A stretch of DNA of 57,105 nt, filler included, from Porpidia crustulata (lineage: Eukaryota), in the NCBI GenBank assembly GCA_964255105.1. It is 5 parts of 5 records of this genome, joined end to end, with 100 filler letters (N's around TTAATTAATTAA, not from the genome) between each part and the next. Parts side by side here need not be neighbours in the genome. Positions count along the whole stretch, not along the records: positions 1 to 11,387 come from CAXUWE010000665.1; positions 11,488 to 22,835 come from CAXUWE010000666.1; 3 more parts are not named here. One strand, written 5' to 3'. Below the pieces are notes generated by a model. It was given only the letters and a program-made list of their open reading frames with translations. It made no database searches and was not told the DNA's origin. Positions 1 through 11,704 of this stretch are shown piece by piece. Both the position numbers and the translations under genes were made by a program. Numbering within the stretch: position 1 is the stretch's first letter; each line of letters begins with the position of its first letter.

Positions 1-3000
1 ATCATGTTGAACACCGGTTCGTTCTCCTCGAAATCCTCCTTCAGCGGCAACAGGTCGATGAGGGCCGGTAGGACGGCGTCGATGGGGACGTGGTCGCGGT
101 GTCTCATGATCATTCGGCTCACGCAGCCGGCGGCGTTGTCCATGGCCCTGGCTTCGTGCGTGTGCAGCAGCGGTTCGAGCTTGCCGAGGATGGTATTGAA
201 GGATTTTAGAACCTCGGCGTCGTTGGTCGAATTCTCTTGGAGCAGGCCAATGGCGAAGGCGGCGTTAGACTTTGTTTCTGGATCCTCGTCGCTCATACGG
301 TGGAGTAGGACTTTGAGCAAAGTGCTAGTGTAGGGCGTTACGGCGCTACCCATGGCGCGAATACACTCTGCGACGACACCGATTGCTGTGCTTCGCTCAA
401 AATTCTCGCTTCCACTCGCAAACCTCATGATTGGTTTCTCAAAGATCTTCCACAGCTGACTGAGGCTTTCGCCGAGGGCAAACGCAAGGCTGGAAATGCA
501 GTCGAGGGCAGTGTCGATAACAAGCCAGTCATACTCGGAGGTTTCGTCGAGATCCTCCATGTCTTCAGTATCACCATAGTCTTGCTGGCAGCTGTGCTTC
601 TTGGTGATGATAGCAACGAGGATTTCCGTGACCGGCTTGAGGGTGGCTGGATCAGAGATGATCGAGGGGCCGGTCGCTTTGAAAACAGCGGCAACGTTGC
701 GGTTAATGTCTGTGACGGTTGTCCTTTACATGTCGAATTAGCTGTATGACACCGAGAATCCAAACAAAGCAGGGTAGCGATGGGGAATCATCAGAAAGTG
801 ATTCGTTTTCTCAGCAATTGTACAATAGTACATCTGAGTGAGCTGGGATAACGACAGTTGTGTCATCATACGAGGATGAAGCTGCATGAGTTTGCAATAT
901 AAGAAAACGTACCTGTCCTCTTCCTCCTGCCATACTGCAAGCAAAGCCGTTATTATGATGTCTCCAAGTTTCTTAATCTCATTCTTCGGTTGTTTCCGCA
1001 GCGGCAAGCCAGGCTCCCACTTTCCTTCCTCTTCCCCTTGTAGCTCCCAGACCGCAGTATATGTGCGACACAGAGAACTAAGTGCAGCTCTCCTGACTCC
1101 TTCGTATGAATGCTCAACAAGAGGTAGGATGACCTCGATCGTCTTCTCCAAGTACGGGAGACAGTCTTGAGTAGCGTGGGTTAAAATATCGCCAACAATC
1201 TCGACGGCAATCTCTTTCTCTTGCGCCACCGCGGTCACAGTATTGAAGTCGTCCCAGTCGTCATCATCTTCACCGTCCAGATCGCTCATGTCCTCGAGGT
1301 CACTTGCCGCAGCTAGTTCATCCTCGGTAAAAGCAGCGACCTTGACCTTTTTGCCGGAAATCGTCACCTCTTGCCCTTCTAGGTCCTTCGCCGTGTCTCC
1401 AAGATTGACCTCCAGGTCCGTCTCCTCAGCCTCTAAGCTCTCGAACAAGCCCTTTATTACACCCGACAAAAATGGTTTGAACTCTCCTCCGTATACCTTG
1501 GCCATGGTGCCCCAGAATAGAAAACTTGTCTCGCGTAATTTGGGATTATCCAGATGCAGGCCTTCCTCTGTGGCTTCCATCAAAGGCTGAACGTAGCGTT
1601 GAAACGCTTTCGGACCCACCGCTGTAGCCATATTGGCCATGGAGTCGCACGTTGTCGCTCGGAGGGTAAGATCATCTTCATCCTCCTTGATACGCACATA
1701 TTCGGATAAAGCGTTCATTGTTTGCTCAAAGTACGGCAAAAAGTCCCCCATTGCGCTTGCAGCAACTGAGCCCATAGCTCCAATCGCTGCTCCTTTGACC
1801 TTTTTCTCTGGATGCGAAAATAAGCGACTTAACCGGGGAATAAGTTCTGGGAGATACAGTTTGGTAGCACCCTCCTCAAATCCATCAACTAGTGTGTCAA
1901 TAGCGTTGCAACTGGCTTTGATAATATCCATGCTTTTTTGATCATCAGGACCGGTAAGGCCCTTCATTGCAATGTCCAAGTGTTTGACTATCGCTGGAAT
2001 CAACTTTTGATGTTCCTTGCCCATGTCTTCTGATATATCTTCAGACAATCGCATGACACCATCTAATGCAGCGCGACGAACTTTCGCCTCGGGATCTTCA
2101 AGGAGCCTTAGAATCAATGGTAATATTTCCTTCAGCTGCGTAGCAATAAAATCAGGTGCGCCTTCAACGCACATGCCTAGAGCCATAATACCTGCCTGCC
2201 GTCGATCAGGATCGTCACTATTGACGTATGGACCAAGCGCGTGTATCAAGGGGACAACGACTTGACTGGGCGGTAAACTGGACGCAAGGATATCGAGTAG
2301 ACCCAAAGCGGATCTTGGAGTCGTGAGATCTTCGTCTTCGGCTGAGGCATCGCCAAGCTCCGTTGCAATCTCCAAACAACTCAAGGTAAGCTGCTCTCCT
2401 ACCTTCAACCCTTGCATTTTCAATTTTCGAAAACTGACACATTGCGTTAGGAAATTTATGGCTTGGGTTCTAGCATCCTCATCAAAATCCTTCTGTGCAG
2501 CAATGTGTGTCATGAACTGAACTAAATCTTTGAAATGTTTGTTCAGTATTTGCGCATCACAGCCCAGTAGCGTCTGGAAAACCTCGAAGCTCTGCGTGGT
2601 TCGGTCTTCATCACCAGCATCGAGGGCTTGTTTCAGCACTCCCACCATTTGGGGTATTGAATCTTGGATACCACGGACAGACACATCATCGTTCTCAGTG
2701 TCAAGTACGATTGCCATTCTACTTAGGGCTAACATGGTATTTATTCGTACCTCCGAGCTCTCTGGATCTTGAATGGTCTTGCTGAATAGCTCCAGCATTT
2801 GATGAAATTTGAACATCACATTATCTCCGAAGGATTCCAAAGCTGTGAAAAGGATATATGTGCCGACCTCTCGAGAACGAGCATGATTACTTGCGCCGGC
2901 CTGGAGCAAGAGGTCCACTAACTCAGGCCATTCTTCATTTGCAGTATCTATTTTGGCTATAGCGGTAAGGACTCTGGATGCTGCATGCCGAACAAGCTGA

Positions 3001-3329
3001 TCATCTTCCTGCAGCGTACCGTGCAGCAGCCGCTGCCGAATTTGAGATTTTCCATCTAGAGAGTTCCAGTGTTTAGGGACAAGAGATCTGGCTTGAGATG
3101 CAGCAAGTTGTCGTAACGGGGAAGGCTCGCTGGATGTAAGGAGAAGTTGTAGAAGAATTTGAAGCGATTCCGGGAGTGGGTAGTAATCGGCTCGCAATTT
3201 GGCGGTGGCCGCCTTCACACGATTGGTGTCAGCTGATAAAGGTCAGTGGGATTTAGAGAGAGATGACTCTGGGGTATACTGACGTGCCAAGATCTCCTTG
3301 AATACCTGGTAGAATTTCTGGTTGTCCAT
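1..3329 (-). CDS. KAP123: Importin beta-4 / karyopherin Kap123-like (3' end truncated by window/contig start)
   Basis: Exons 3329-3284, 3232-913 and 723-<1 joined by GT-AG introns that keep the frame (MDNQKFYQVFKEILA-PDTNRVKAAT...EEEDR-TTVTDINRNVAA...SEYDWLVIDTALD). IBN_N-type start (LRQLAASQARSLV), HEAT repeats and an acidic loop. Confidence 0.9.
788..872 (-). ncRNA. Intronic box C/D snoRNA, snR71-like (predicted guide for 25S Am2946, yeast numbering)
   Basis: Lies inside the Kap123 intron 912-724. Box C ATGATGA (869-863), guide CCCAGCTCAC (847-838) antisense to conserved LSU GUGAGCUGGG, D' CAGA (836-833), hairpin TGTAC-TATT-GTACA, C' TGCTGA (816-811), box D CTGA (794-791). CAGCTCACTCAGA matches my recollection of yeast snR71. 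Confidence 0.85.
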
Positions 3330-3733
3330 AGAGAATCAGGTCTTAATTTGCAAATAGCTGAGGAAAGTATTTTTCTTCCATGGATAAGAAAAGTCGGCTA
3401 AAATGCGTGCTCCGTCATCCCGCGTAGACGCCAATCAGGTAGCACGGTAGGTATCCATTCGTCAATTAGCCGCTTTCATGAAGCTATACACCTTGGATGA
3501 GAACTTAAGATGTAGTGCCATTAGAATGATAACGTGATTTAGAAGGCCTCTTACTACACCTACAGGGCTTGTCTCCTATGTCCTGAATAATCAGTGCTGA
3601 TTGACTCATTTCTTGGTTTTGAGCGATGATAGGCTGAACTCCGTCAAGGATTTACCATCCCGTGATCCTTTGTTACAACATGACTGAATCTCGCAATTTC
3701 GGAGCGCCTCGGGAGCGTTCCATCGAGCTTGGT

Positions 3734-4619
3734 CTAGAGTGGAGTCTCGTCAGTTTCGAATCCTAATCGTTCGGTTGCTTGGCTCGCCGTCAGCCATCTC
3801 CAGGTTTCCAACTCGTCGACCAGGAGGTTCAAAGTACTTCGAACCTTTTCCAAGCCTTCTTTCGTAGTTGAGATCATGGCTGCTCCTCCATCCCACCTCC
3901 TGACAGCAACCCATAACCCCGCCGGCGCCTCCGTCATCGCCTTCTCTAGTTCCATCCCCCCTTTCTGCACCTTCGGTCCTATCTGTGCCGCCTTCTTAAT
4001 CCTATACTCCACTTTCGTCTTTGTTTCCTCCGTCCCGTAATCCCGGCAGACGAAACGTTCCCTTACATTTCTCCCAACGAAATATTGTTTAGTAAGTTAC
4101 TGACATTCTTCCCTGTGATTTCACGCCCAATTCCCGCAGAGTCTATACTATTGCAGGATGGCAGCATGGGATATTGCACTGGTACCGAATCGAGGGCAGA
4201 AGGAGGTGATCGATGTGTGTTGTATGTGGTACATAGAGGCGTGCAAAAGAGCCAGATCCCATTGGGTGGAGAAAATTAGTCGATCTCGTTCGTCATAATT
4301 GAGAGGGAGGTTTTGCTAGAAAGTAAAAAAGCATTGGAGACGATACAAGAAGTCAAGGGGATTTGATAGGTAGAGTACCATGTGACAAGACGAGAGTGAT
4401 GATAGTCTTGGCATCTCTTACTTGGGCGTGATTAGGCTCATGATCGGTCTCAGTGGCTTCATATTCAAAGGTAGTGTGACTAAATGGCCCAGTGTACGGC
4501 TCATGTCGAGAAATCGCAAACAGCTGGCATTTCTTTCGTTCGAAGTCATTTTGAGCTAGATACATTTGGCTTCCTAGGGCTTCCTTTCCTCTTCGTAATC
4601 CCAATTTCCACGTTATCAT
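3734..4619 (-). CDS. Hypothetical, possibly multi-exon small gene or remnant
   Basis: ORF 4619-4422 ends at a GTAAGA donor, an in-frame stretch follows a pyrimidine-rich TAG acceptor near 4317, and there is a 92-aa ORF at 4012-3734. I could not join the last part in frame and recognise no family. Confidence 0.25.
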
Positions 4620-4801
4620 CTTCGCTTCAAAGAGCTAGCTAAACCACTGAGCCCTGGAAAGATAGCAAAACCTTGCAAGGAGAGGCAAGCCCCAGGATCA
4701 TGAAATGACCATACAAGACGCCGCCAGACATTATTGCAGTACCTTTGTTCCCTTGTGCCCCCTAATTTCTAGTGTGTAGATGCTCATTACCCGACCGTGG
4801 A

Positions 4802-6894
4802 TCATGTAGACATCGTAAGGTAGTCTTTTTGATGTTCTGCGATTGGACCCAAGATATCGTCAACGTCCTTCTGCTCAATCACAGCGCCATTCCCAGAACA
4901 CTTGGCTTTCTGCTTCAGTTGCACGCAAAGATCGTTTATGTCGATCTCGCCGTTCTGTATTTTATCGTGAGCTGCTACACGGTCCCTAATGAACATATAT
5001 GTCAGAATGTATCAACCACTGAGGATACGGCTGATTGTAATACCATAATTTTTCGCATGGTAAATATTGCTTTGAAACTTTTCCAGAGACAGCCTCGTCT
5101 TTCTGTTCTCCGGTTTGCCGAATTTCAATTTCCTCCATCAAGCTTCGTTTGGGAGGAGGGCTTGCCAGCATTGTAGGGCCAGTATTGTATGGAGTACCAA
5201 AGTCATCCTGCAAGGGAAAGGCGTCGTTAAAAAATCCGTTGTTCAAGATATTATCTTGCGGGTCTCGATAGTCGCCAAAGAGCACAGGATCAAAAAGACC
5301 GCCGTTCTGTTGTGCCATCCAATCGATCCCGTTCGTCTCGTTGGTGGGCGACTTCATGACACTGGATGGGGCTGAAAAATCGTCAGAAAAAGTCCTCATC
5401 CGTGAAACAGGATCAATCATATTGTCGCATGCTCTCGCCCATTCTTGACAGAAGTCCTTCTTACCTGCTAAATGACCTGGGAAGCTACTCTCCTCATTGA
5501 TGGTGTTCAAGGTTCCTTCATTTGATTTGCAATTATCAGGTGACTCGGCAGATGCTTCTGGCGTTGTGCCACATGATGAGTCCAGTCCACCGCTATGTGA
5601 CATCGTTGAAGCAGGTGATGTAGTGAAGGAAGTAGATGATCCAGTCCTAGTAGCCTTTTGAACGTGGCTGTGTAAATTATCAATACTATTGTGCTTTGTC
5701 CCATTAAGAGCAGATGCGCCATCGTTGTATGAGATGTAATCAGTAGAATTGCTCCGACTAGCAGTCTCAAGAATTGAAGGACTGAATAGACCATTGAGCT
5801 CTTCGAACCCATTTGGTGCTGTTGTTGGGCTTTGGTAGGCAGATGGCGGATTCGATGCATTTTGGCTTGTCGGCGACATGGCATTCAGAGAACCTGAAGA
5901 TTCTCCCCTGGAGATGGCAGGCATGCTGGGGTACGATGAAGGCTGACCTACGCGATCAGGGGATCCCACTTTGGCGAGAGATCCATTGGTCATGAAGTGT
6001 GACCCAGGCAAGTCCCCAAACTTAGGAAACGCAAATTGGAAGTCGTTGTTACTACTGTTCAACGTATTACGAGGCTTTGATAGGGCGGCAGAGGGAGGAG
6101 ATCGACCAGCTGCTGTCGTGCCCAACGCAAGGCGTTTACGATATTCTTTTAATTCGGTATTAAGTTTTTCGACTTGCGCTCGAAGCCGACCATTTTCGTG
6201 ATTCGTATGTTCTGAAGCTTTCTCCAAATCCTCAACCTTGCTCTCGAGCTCCTTCAGGTGACGCTCCTTCCGTTCGCGGAATGCTCGTTGCGCTGCACGA
6301 TTTTGAGCTTTCCGTTTCTGAATTTTACTTTGTCAGTTTGTCGGGTGCGTATCGAAGTACATGTTGACTTACCGTAGTCGGCTCGGAGCTGTTCAAAGGC
6401 TTTCGTCCAGGCTTCTTGACAGATTTATCAATTCCTTCGTGTCGTTTGTTGTTGTCGCCCTCGCCGTCCTCTTCATCGCCCTCGGAATTCTTCCTCTTTG
6501 AGTGCTGGCCATTATTCTCTCGATCTTCGTCGCCCGGTAGGCTGCCAAACATCAAGTCTCCGTTGGCATCCCAATCAAAATTGCCATCATCTTCGAAATC
6601 TAAAAACGGACTCTCATCGTACCCGGCGTTTCCAAGGTTTTCCGAGCTCGGTGCTTCTTGAACAGGCGAATCAAGCATCCTGGTGTTGAGATTCGACGGG
6701 CTAGAATCTAGATTCTGTTTGGGATCGGGACTTGTATGAGGTTTATTGAGCTTTTTGGGGCTCGAACCGGGAGTAGGATATGGACGAGCTGTAGTGTTTG
6801 GGGGAGAGCGATTCGACGAAAGTGCAGTGCGAAGTAGCTGCTGTTGGTCTGCCGTAAGGGATAGATCAGGACCATATATTGTTTGATCTGCCAT
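4802..6894 (-). CDS. yap1: AP-1-like bZIP oxidative-stress transcription factor (Yap1/Pap1/NapA)
   Basis: Exons 6894-6373, 6317-5044 and 4985-4802. Basic region KKPGRKP...EPTT|KRKAQNRAAQRAFRERKE plus zipper, FQFAFPKFG motif, n-CRD (FCQEWARAC) and c-CRD (CEKLW|DR...DINDLCVQLKQKAKCS). Confidence 0.93.
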
Positions 6895-7739
6895 AATACC
6901 TTCTCTAGACTGTGGGAGTTGCTGTTGAAAACGAATCCGATCGAGTCCGCCGCTATCCGCGTAGGAGATGTATTCACTCCACAGCCCCACCAAAGATATT
7001 GGTGGAGCGATGAGACCCACGCTGATAAGATGTCGTGCAGACTTTGCTACCTTTGATTCGAATTAATGTCGATCACAAAGTAGATGATATCCGATGAATT
7101 AAACAAGCGGTGTAGACTACAAGGCCGGTTCTGTCGGATTTAATGATCGACGATGTGAGGTTTTTCACAGATAAATGTTGCTAACGCGATTGAGGGGATG
7201 GCACAGAACTTAAGTCCGTAGCCCGTAGATCTTGACGGCGCGTTGTCTATATTCCTTGTATAGACTTGTTGGGATTTTTGAATCTCGCAGCTCTATCGGC
7301 AGACTATGACTGACGAGTAATTGACGATGGAGACCACGAGGGATGATGACATAAAAGGGTGCGAACTGATGGAAGTAGAATTTATTCGCAGTGCCTATCA
7401 GGTGTCATAGGTTATGCGACTGCCAATCATACCGAGACTTTACCGTGCACCCGTGCAAGGCTGAGGTGGACCCCTGTATCATTACAAATACAAGTTGCAC
7501 TTCTGGCTGTTACCGCATACTGTAGATGTTACTCTAAGGCTTCCACGGCTTCTGTTCATTCAGTAGCATTTTGATAATGAGTACCTATTAAATGTGGTAG
7601 TCTAGGTTAATGCTATATTACTCCCTCGTTTCTTTATATCCTTGCATCGTTCTTTGAGGGAAAGTTTCTAACCGGAGCATAATTGTTACCAGTCTAACTT
7701 GTCGTGCAAAGTATCGATCACACTTGGGCTGCCACAAAT

Positions 7740-8740
7740 ATGAGCAACGAGGTTCAGGCATTGGAAGCGGAGAACAAGGAGTATCAATTGCAGGTATGGC
7801 TCACATCAATCGTATCTCCATTCTACCACTTACATGGTCATTAGCTTGAGACTGTCCAATCCAGTCTCCAAGCGGACCCAGAGAACACGGAGTTGCAGAA
7901 CCTAAAGACTGAGCTTGAAGAAGTCATTTCCCTCACCGACATCGCAATCGCAGAGCTAAAGCCAGCTTCAGCACCACTGCCTGCGAAGAAATCACTCCCA
8001 CCACCAGTCAAGGAGAAATGGTCCAAAGAGAACCATCCAGCTTTCCAGGCGGGCTACCGCAAGCCGTCTACCCCTCACAGTCCAATCGAAGAATCTCATG
8101 TCCCCGCTACCTTCTCGGTCAACGATAGCGTACTTGCGAAATGGGTATCGGGCGACAAGTCTTTTTACCCAGCGAGAATTACATCGATTACCGGATCGTC
8201 TAGCAAACCAGTGTACATCGTGACTTTCAAGTCCTATGCTACCACAGAAACACTATCCGCTCATGACATCAAACCAATATTGAATGAGTCGAAGAAGCGT
8301 AAAGCTGATGGTACCCCAGCAACTCTGACCACGCCAATAATTCCATCCAATTCCAATGTTATTTCCGCTGCAGCTGATATTAACCCTGCGCTGGCAAGCC
8401 AAGCGAAGAAAGAGCCTAGTAGAGTCAGTGATGGACCTTTAAGGCCGCCAAAGGTACCTCGAAAGGTCAAGGCAAATAAAGAATTAGAAGCTGGGAAAAA
8501 TAAATGGCAGGAGTTCTCGACAAAGGGAAAGACAGGAAAAGTGGCAAAGAAGGAAAGTATGTTCAGAACGCCTGACGGCGTGAACGCTAGAGGTAAGTTA
8601 GCTGTTCTTTGATATTTAATATCGAAGCGTGGCTGATCGAAACACTAGTTGGTTTCACGGGATCGGGGCAAGAGATGCGTAAAGATCCATCTCGAAGTCG
8701 TCACATTTATCAACAAGGTGCAGATGAGGAAGGGTATTGA
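7740..8740 (+). CDS. spf30: Splicing factor SPF30 / SMNDC1-like Tudor-domain protein
   Basis: Exons 7740-7793, 7845-8592 and 8649-8740. N-terminal coiled coil (EYQLQ|LETVQSSLQADPENTEL), Tudor domain (VLAKWVSGDKSFYPARITSITG), C-terminal WQEF...KKESMFRTPDGVNARVGFTGSG. Confidence 0.88.
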
Positions 8741-9507
8741 CAACATTGGAGAAGGCTTATTTAACACAAGGCCTGCTTCACGGGTCGTCCTCAAATGGTG
8801 GCGCATACGCTGACTTAAGCTTTGCTTGGTCTTTCTAGTATTTAGACCGGCAATCAATGAACGTGTCATGAAGGTGTTATATCAAGGGCGATATCAGGAA
8901 CGCTCAATTTTCATCTCGGTTTGCCTATATCCACGCACTGTCCACAGGCTAAGATTACGAGCAGCAGATTCCATATCACACGTCAAACGTCAGCTACCAA
9001 CTGTAGTCTGCTCCTTCTATGAGTTCAGGGTGAGCAAGGGGCCACTCAACTTGGTCTAATTTTCCTTTGTCTGCGATCCTCTACTTTTGGTAGCTTTTAC
9101 ATGTAAAGATGACTATTAGATTCCCTACGTTATTTTCTCTAGTATAGGAGTAATCATACCCTGATAAATATTCTAAAAGAGGGGAAGCTTTTACAAAATC
9201 GACATTGAATTAAGGAGTGTGTACAATAGTAAACACCGAACTAAACCCTGGTTTATTCCCTCGAACCATTTCAGGTCGTACCTAACGTATCTATCCCACC
9301 AATGAGTCACAAGGAGCTGGACTTCTAGTCATGATATTTTAAAATTGAATTGAGTATTGGAAGCTTCGTTTCTTGCGTTTACTAAAAGTTTGTTCATTAT
9401 CGCTTCATTCAGATACACATGGAACTTCCGTGTTTGACATAGCAAATGATCCATATGCTCTGCCTGTCCTCAACGCTTCGGCCGCGGACGATCAATACAT
9501 CGTTGAA

Positions 9508-10734
9508 CTAGAAGCAAAGCTGGCCACCGTCAATCTTTTGTGGATTTGAAGTCAGCAGCTTTTCGACGGCTTGTAAATTTAAGATTTATGACAGATTGAG
9601 AAAAAGAAAAGACGACCCAACATTCAATATACTCCCAGAATGTTTTCGCAAATTTAGAAGTTAGGGGATTTGGGGTAACGAAGGAATGGGTCCATAGAAC
9701 ACATACTATCAAGTCGGCACCGGTGATGTAGCTCCCAGCTTCGCTGCACAACAATACTACTGGGCCTGCCAGCTCCTCAGGATTTCCCATTCGGCCTGTT
9801 GGATTACGCTCTAGCCATGTTCTACGGGCTTCCTCCAATCCGTCGCCTTCGTTCAGGATAGTGTCCATATAGCCTGGTGATATTGTATTGACCCTGATGC
9901 CATAGCGAGCCCACTCCGCTGCCAAAGAACTTTTCAAAGAGATGAGAGCAGCTTTGGAAGCATTGTAGGCAGCTTGAGGCTGTGGGTAATTGGTACTATG
10001 CGCGGATATTGAAGCAACAAAGAGGATAGCGCCGGGTACCTTCAAATCGATCATCTGTCTAGGTGAATTTAATCGAGTTGACTGGTACGCGCATGGAGTT
10101 TAGTAAAGGTCGCTTACTTTGCAGTCGCCTGAGCGCAGAGAAACGCGCCAGACGTATTGACGTCAAGGGTTCGCTTCCACTCGCCAGGAGTCATGTCGAT
10201 CGCATGGGTGCAGCCAACCACGCCGGCGAAACAGCAGAGTATCCTCACGGCTCCGAGCTCTCGAAGGGCCGATTCCACCGCACGATCGACCTGTGCGGCA
10301 TCGGTAACATCGACTCGGATCCTCAAGATTCGTGCTTTCGGGAAAGCCTTGCTCATCTCATCTACCTTTTCATCGGACGTAGTAAAGTCGAGGTCAAAGA
10401 GGGCAAGCCCTGAGAGACCGTGTTCTAGCAGAGCACGAGCGTTCACTAAAGCCAAAGATCCGCCACCGCCCGTTACTGTCGTGATATCTCATTAATATTT
10501 TGGACGCACAGGTTGTGGAAGGGGAACAACCCGGCATAGCATCCCGGCAAAGCTCAACATACTAATAGCGTTTCCGTTGATGGCAAATCTCTTTGCGGCA
10601 CGGGCATCATGGGACAGATATGAGGGCATAGGCGATGGCGGTCTACTCATGGACGAATCATCACCAGTAGAAAGGATCATGTGCGGGATCGACCTGGCTT
10701 TGAGAGCATTTGCATTACTTGTTGGCTCGGGCAT
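9508..10734 (-). CDS. Short-chain dehydrogenase/reductase, D-arabinitol 2-dehydrogenase-like
   Basis: Exons 10734-10563, 10475-10118, 10058-9707 and 9534-9508. Rossmann ITGGGGSLA, CFAGVVGC, catalytic YNASK, VNTISPGYMDT, YITGADLI|IDGG. Confidence 0.85.
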
Positions 10735-11387
10735 CTTGCACTGAGGAAGCTGGAAACGTTGAAGACAGAAAGTCAAGCAAGGGACTGGATGGCCGAAAGG
10801 AGAGCCTGACCTCGTCTAATCTATGGTTAATCTATGATTATGTGGAGTGAATATCGATATCACTTATCCAGTAGTTTACTTGAGCAGAGTCGCAAACGAC
10901 AGATATATACATGGGACATCATACTTTGTGTGTTAGTGGAGAAAGCGGGGAGGCGGGAAGGTGGGACGGGAGGACCTGAATGAGGGATATCTAATCCTGG
11001 GCACCTACTGGAGCACGCGGAGTAGGTCGAGGGGTGCCCACGATTAGATAGCCGAGAAGGATTCCAGGCTTCCATCCTTTAGATTGGATCCTCCAAACAG
11101 CTACAGATAGCAGTACATGGCACCATGGGAACCCAGTGAACTTTGTCCTTTCATAGTCGTCAAACAACAGATCTCTGCTAGAATGACATATCATAGGTGC
11201 TTTTGTAGTAGTCGCATGCGAGTCATGTGTCTCTAGCATGCTGTTGGCCGTGGTAGCAAAATTCCTTCCTTGCTCTAAAGCAAGTACGGCGATAATTCTC
11301 CAAGGTCCAATCAATGCTAACGAGAACAAGCTCATATCGCTGTGTGCAAATTGGTATGGCCGATTTTTGAATTTAGCGAAAACGAAA

Positions 11388-11487
11388 NNNNNNNNNNNNN
11401 NNNNNNNNNNNNNNNNNNNNNNNNNNNNNNNTTAATTAATTAANNNNNNNNNNNNNNNNNNNNNNNNNNNNNNNNNNNNNNNNNNNN
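11388..11487. other. Artificial contig spacer (44 N + TTAATTAATTAA + 44 N)
   Basis: Six-frame stop linker flanked by N runs, exactly 100 nt. Confidence 0.98.
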
Positions 11488-11704
11488 GAAATAGATAAGT
11501 CACGATGCACGGAACGAGTGAAACCGGAAATCCACCACGTTTATCACCGAGATCAAGAAGCCAAGACAGCTCCACGTAGCCCCGGTATATTATCCGCTCT
11601 ATGCTTCACTACAGCACTTCTATCTGTATACATACAAAAGCCGCAACGACGTGGCTGCTGCGTCAAAAACCCTCGCAACAATTGCTCATCAAACCCGACA
11701 ATTC

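Noticed and set aside
886..2772. Many antisense ORFs over Kap123 (likewise over RPN1, RIO2, VPS13 and acrB)
   Set aside because: Shadow ORFs of the coding strand with no independent motifs.
9302..9385. TGAGTCA and TTACTAA (AP-1/Yap1-like sites) near the yap1 locus
   Set aside because: They lie between convergent 3' ends, and 7-mers of this kind are expected by chance.
11432..11443. Palindromic TTAATTAATTAA recurring four times at ~11.4-kb spacing
   Set aside because: Always embedded in N runs; an artificial six-frame stop linker, not a biological repeat.
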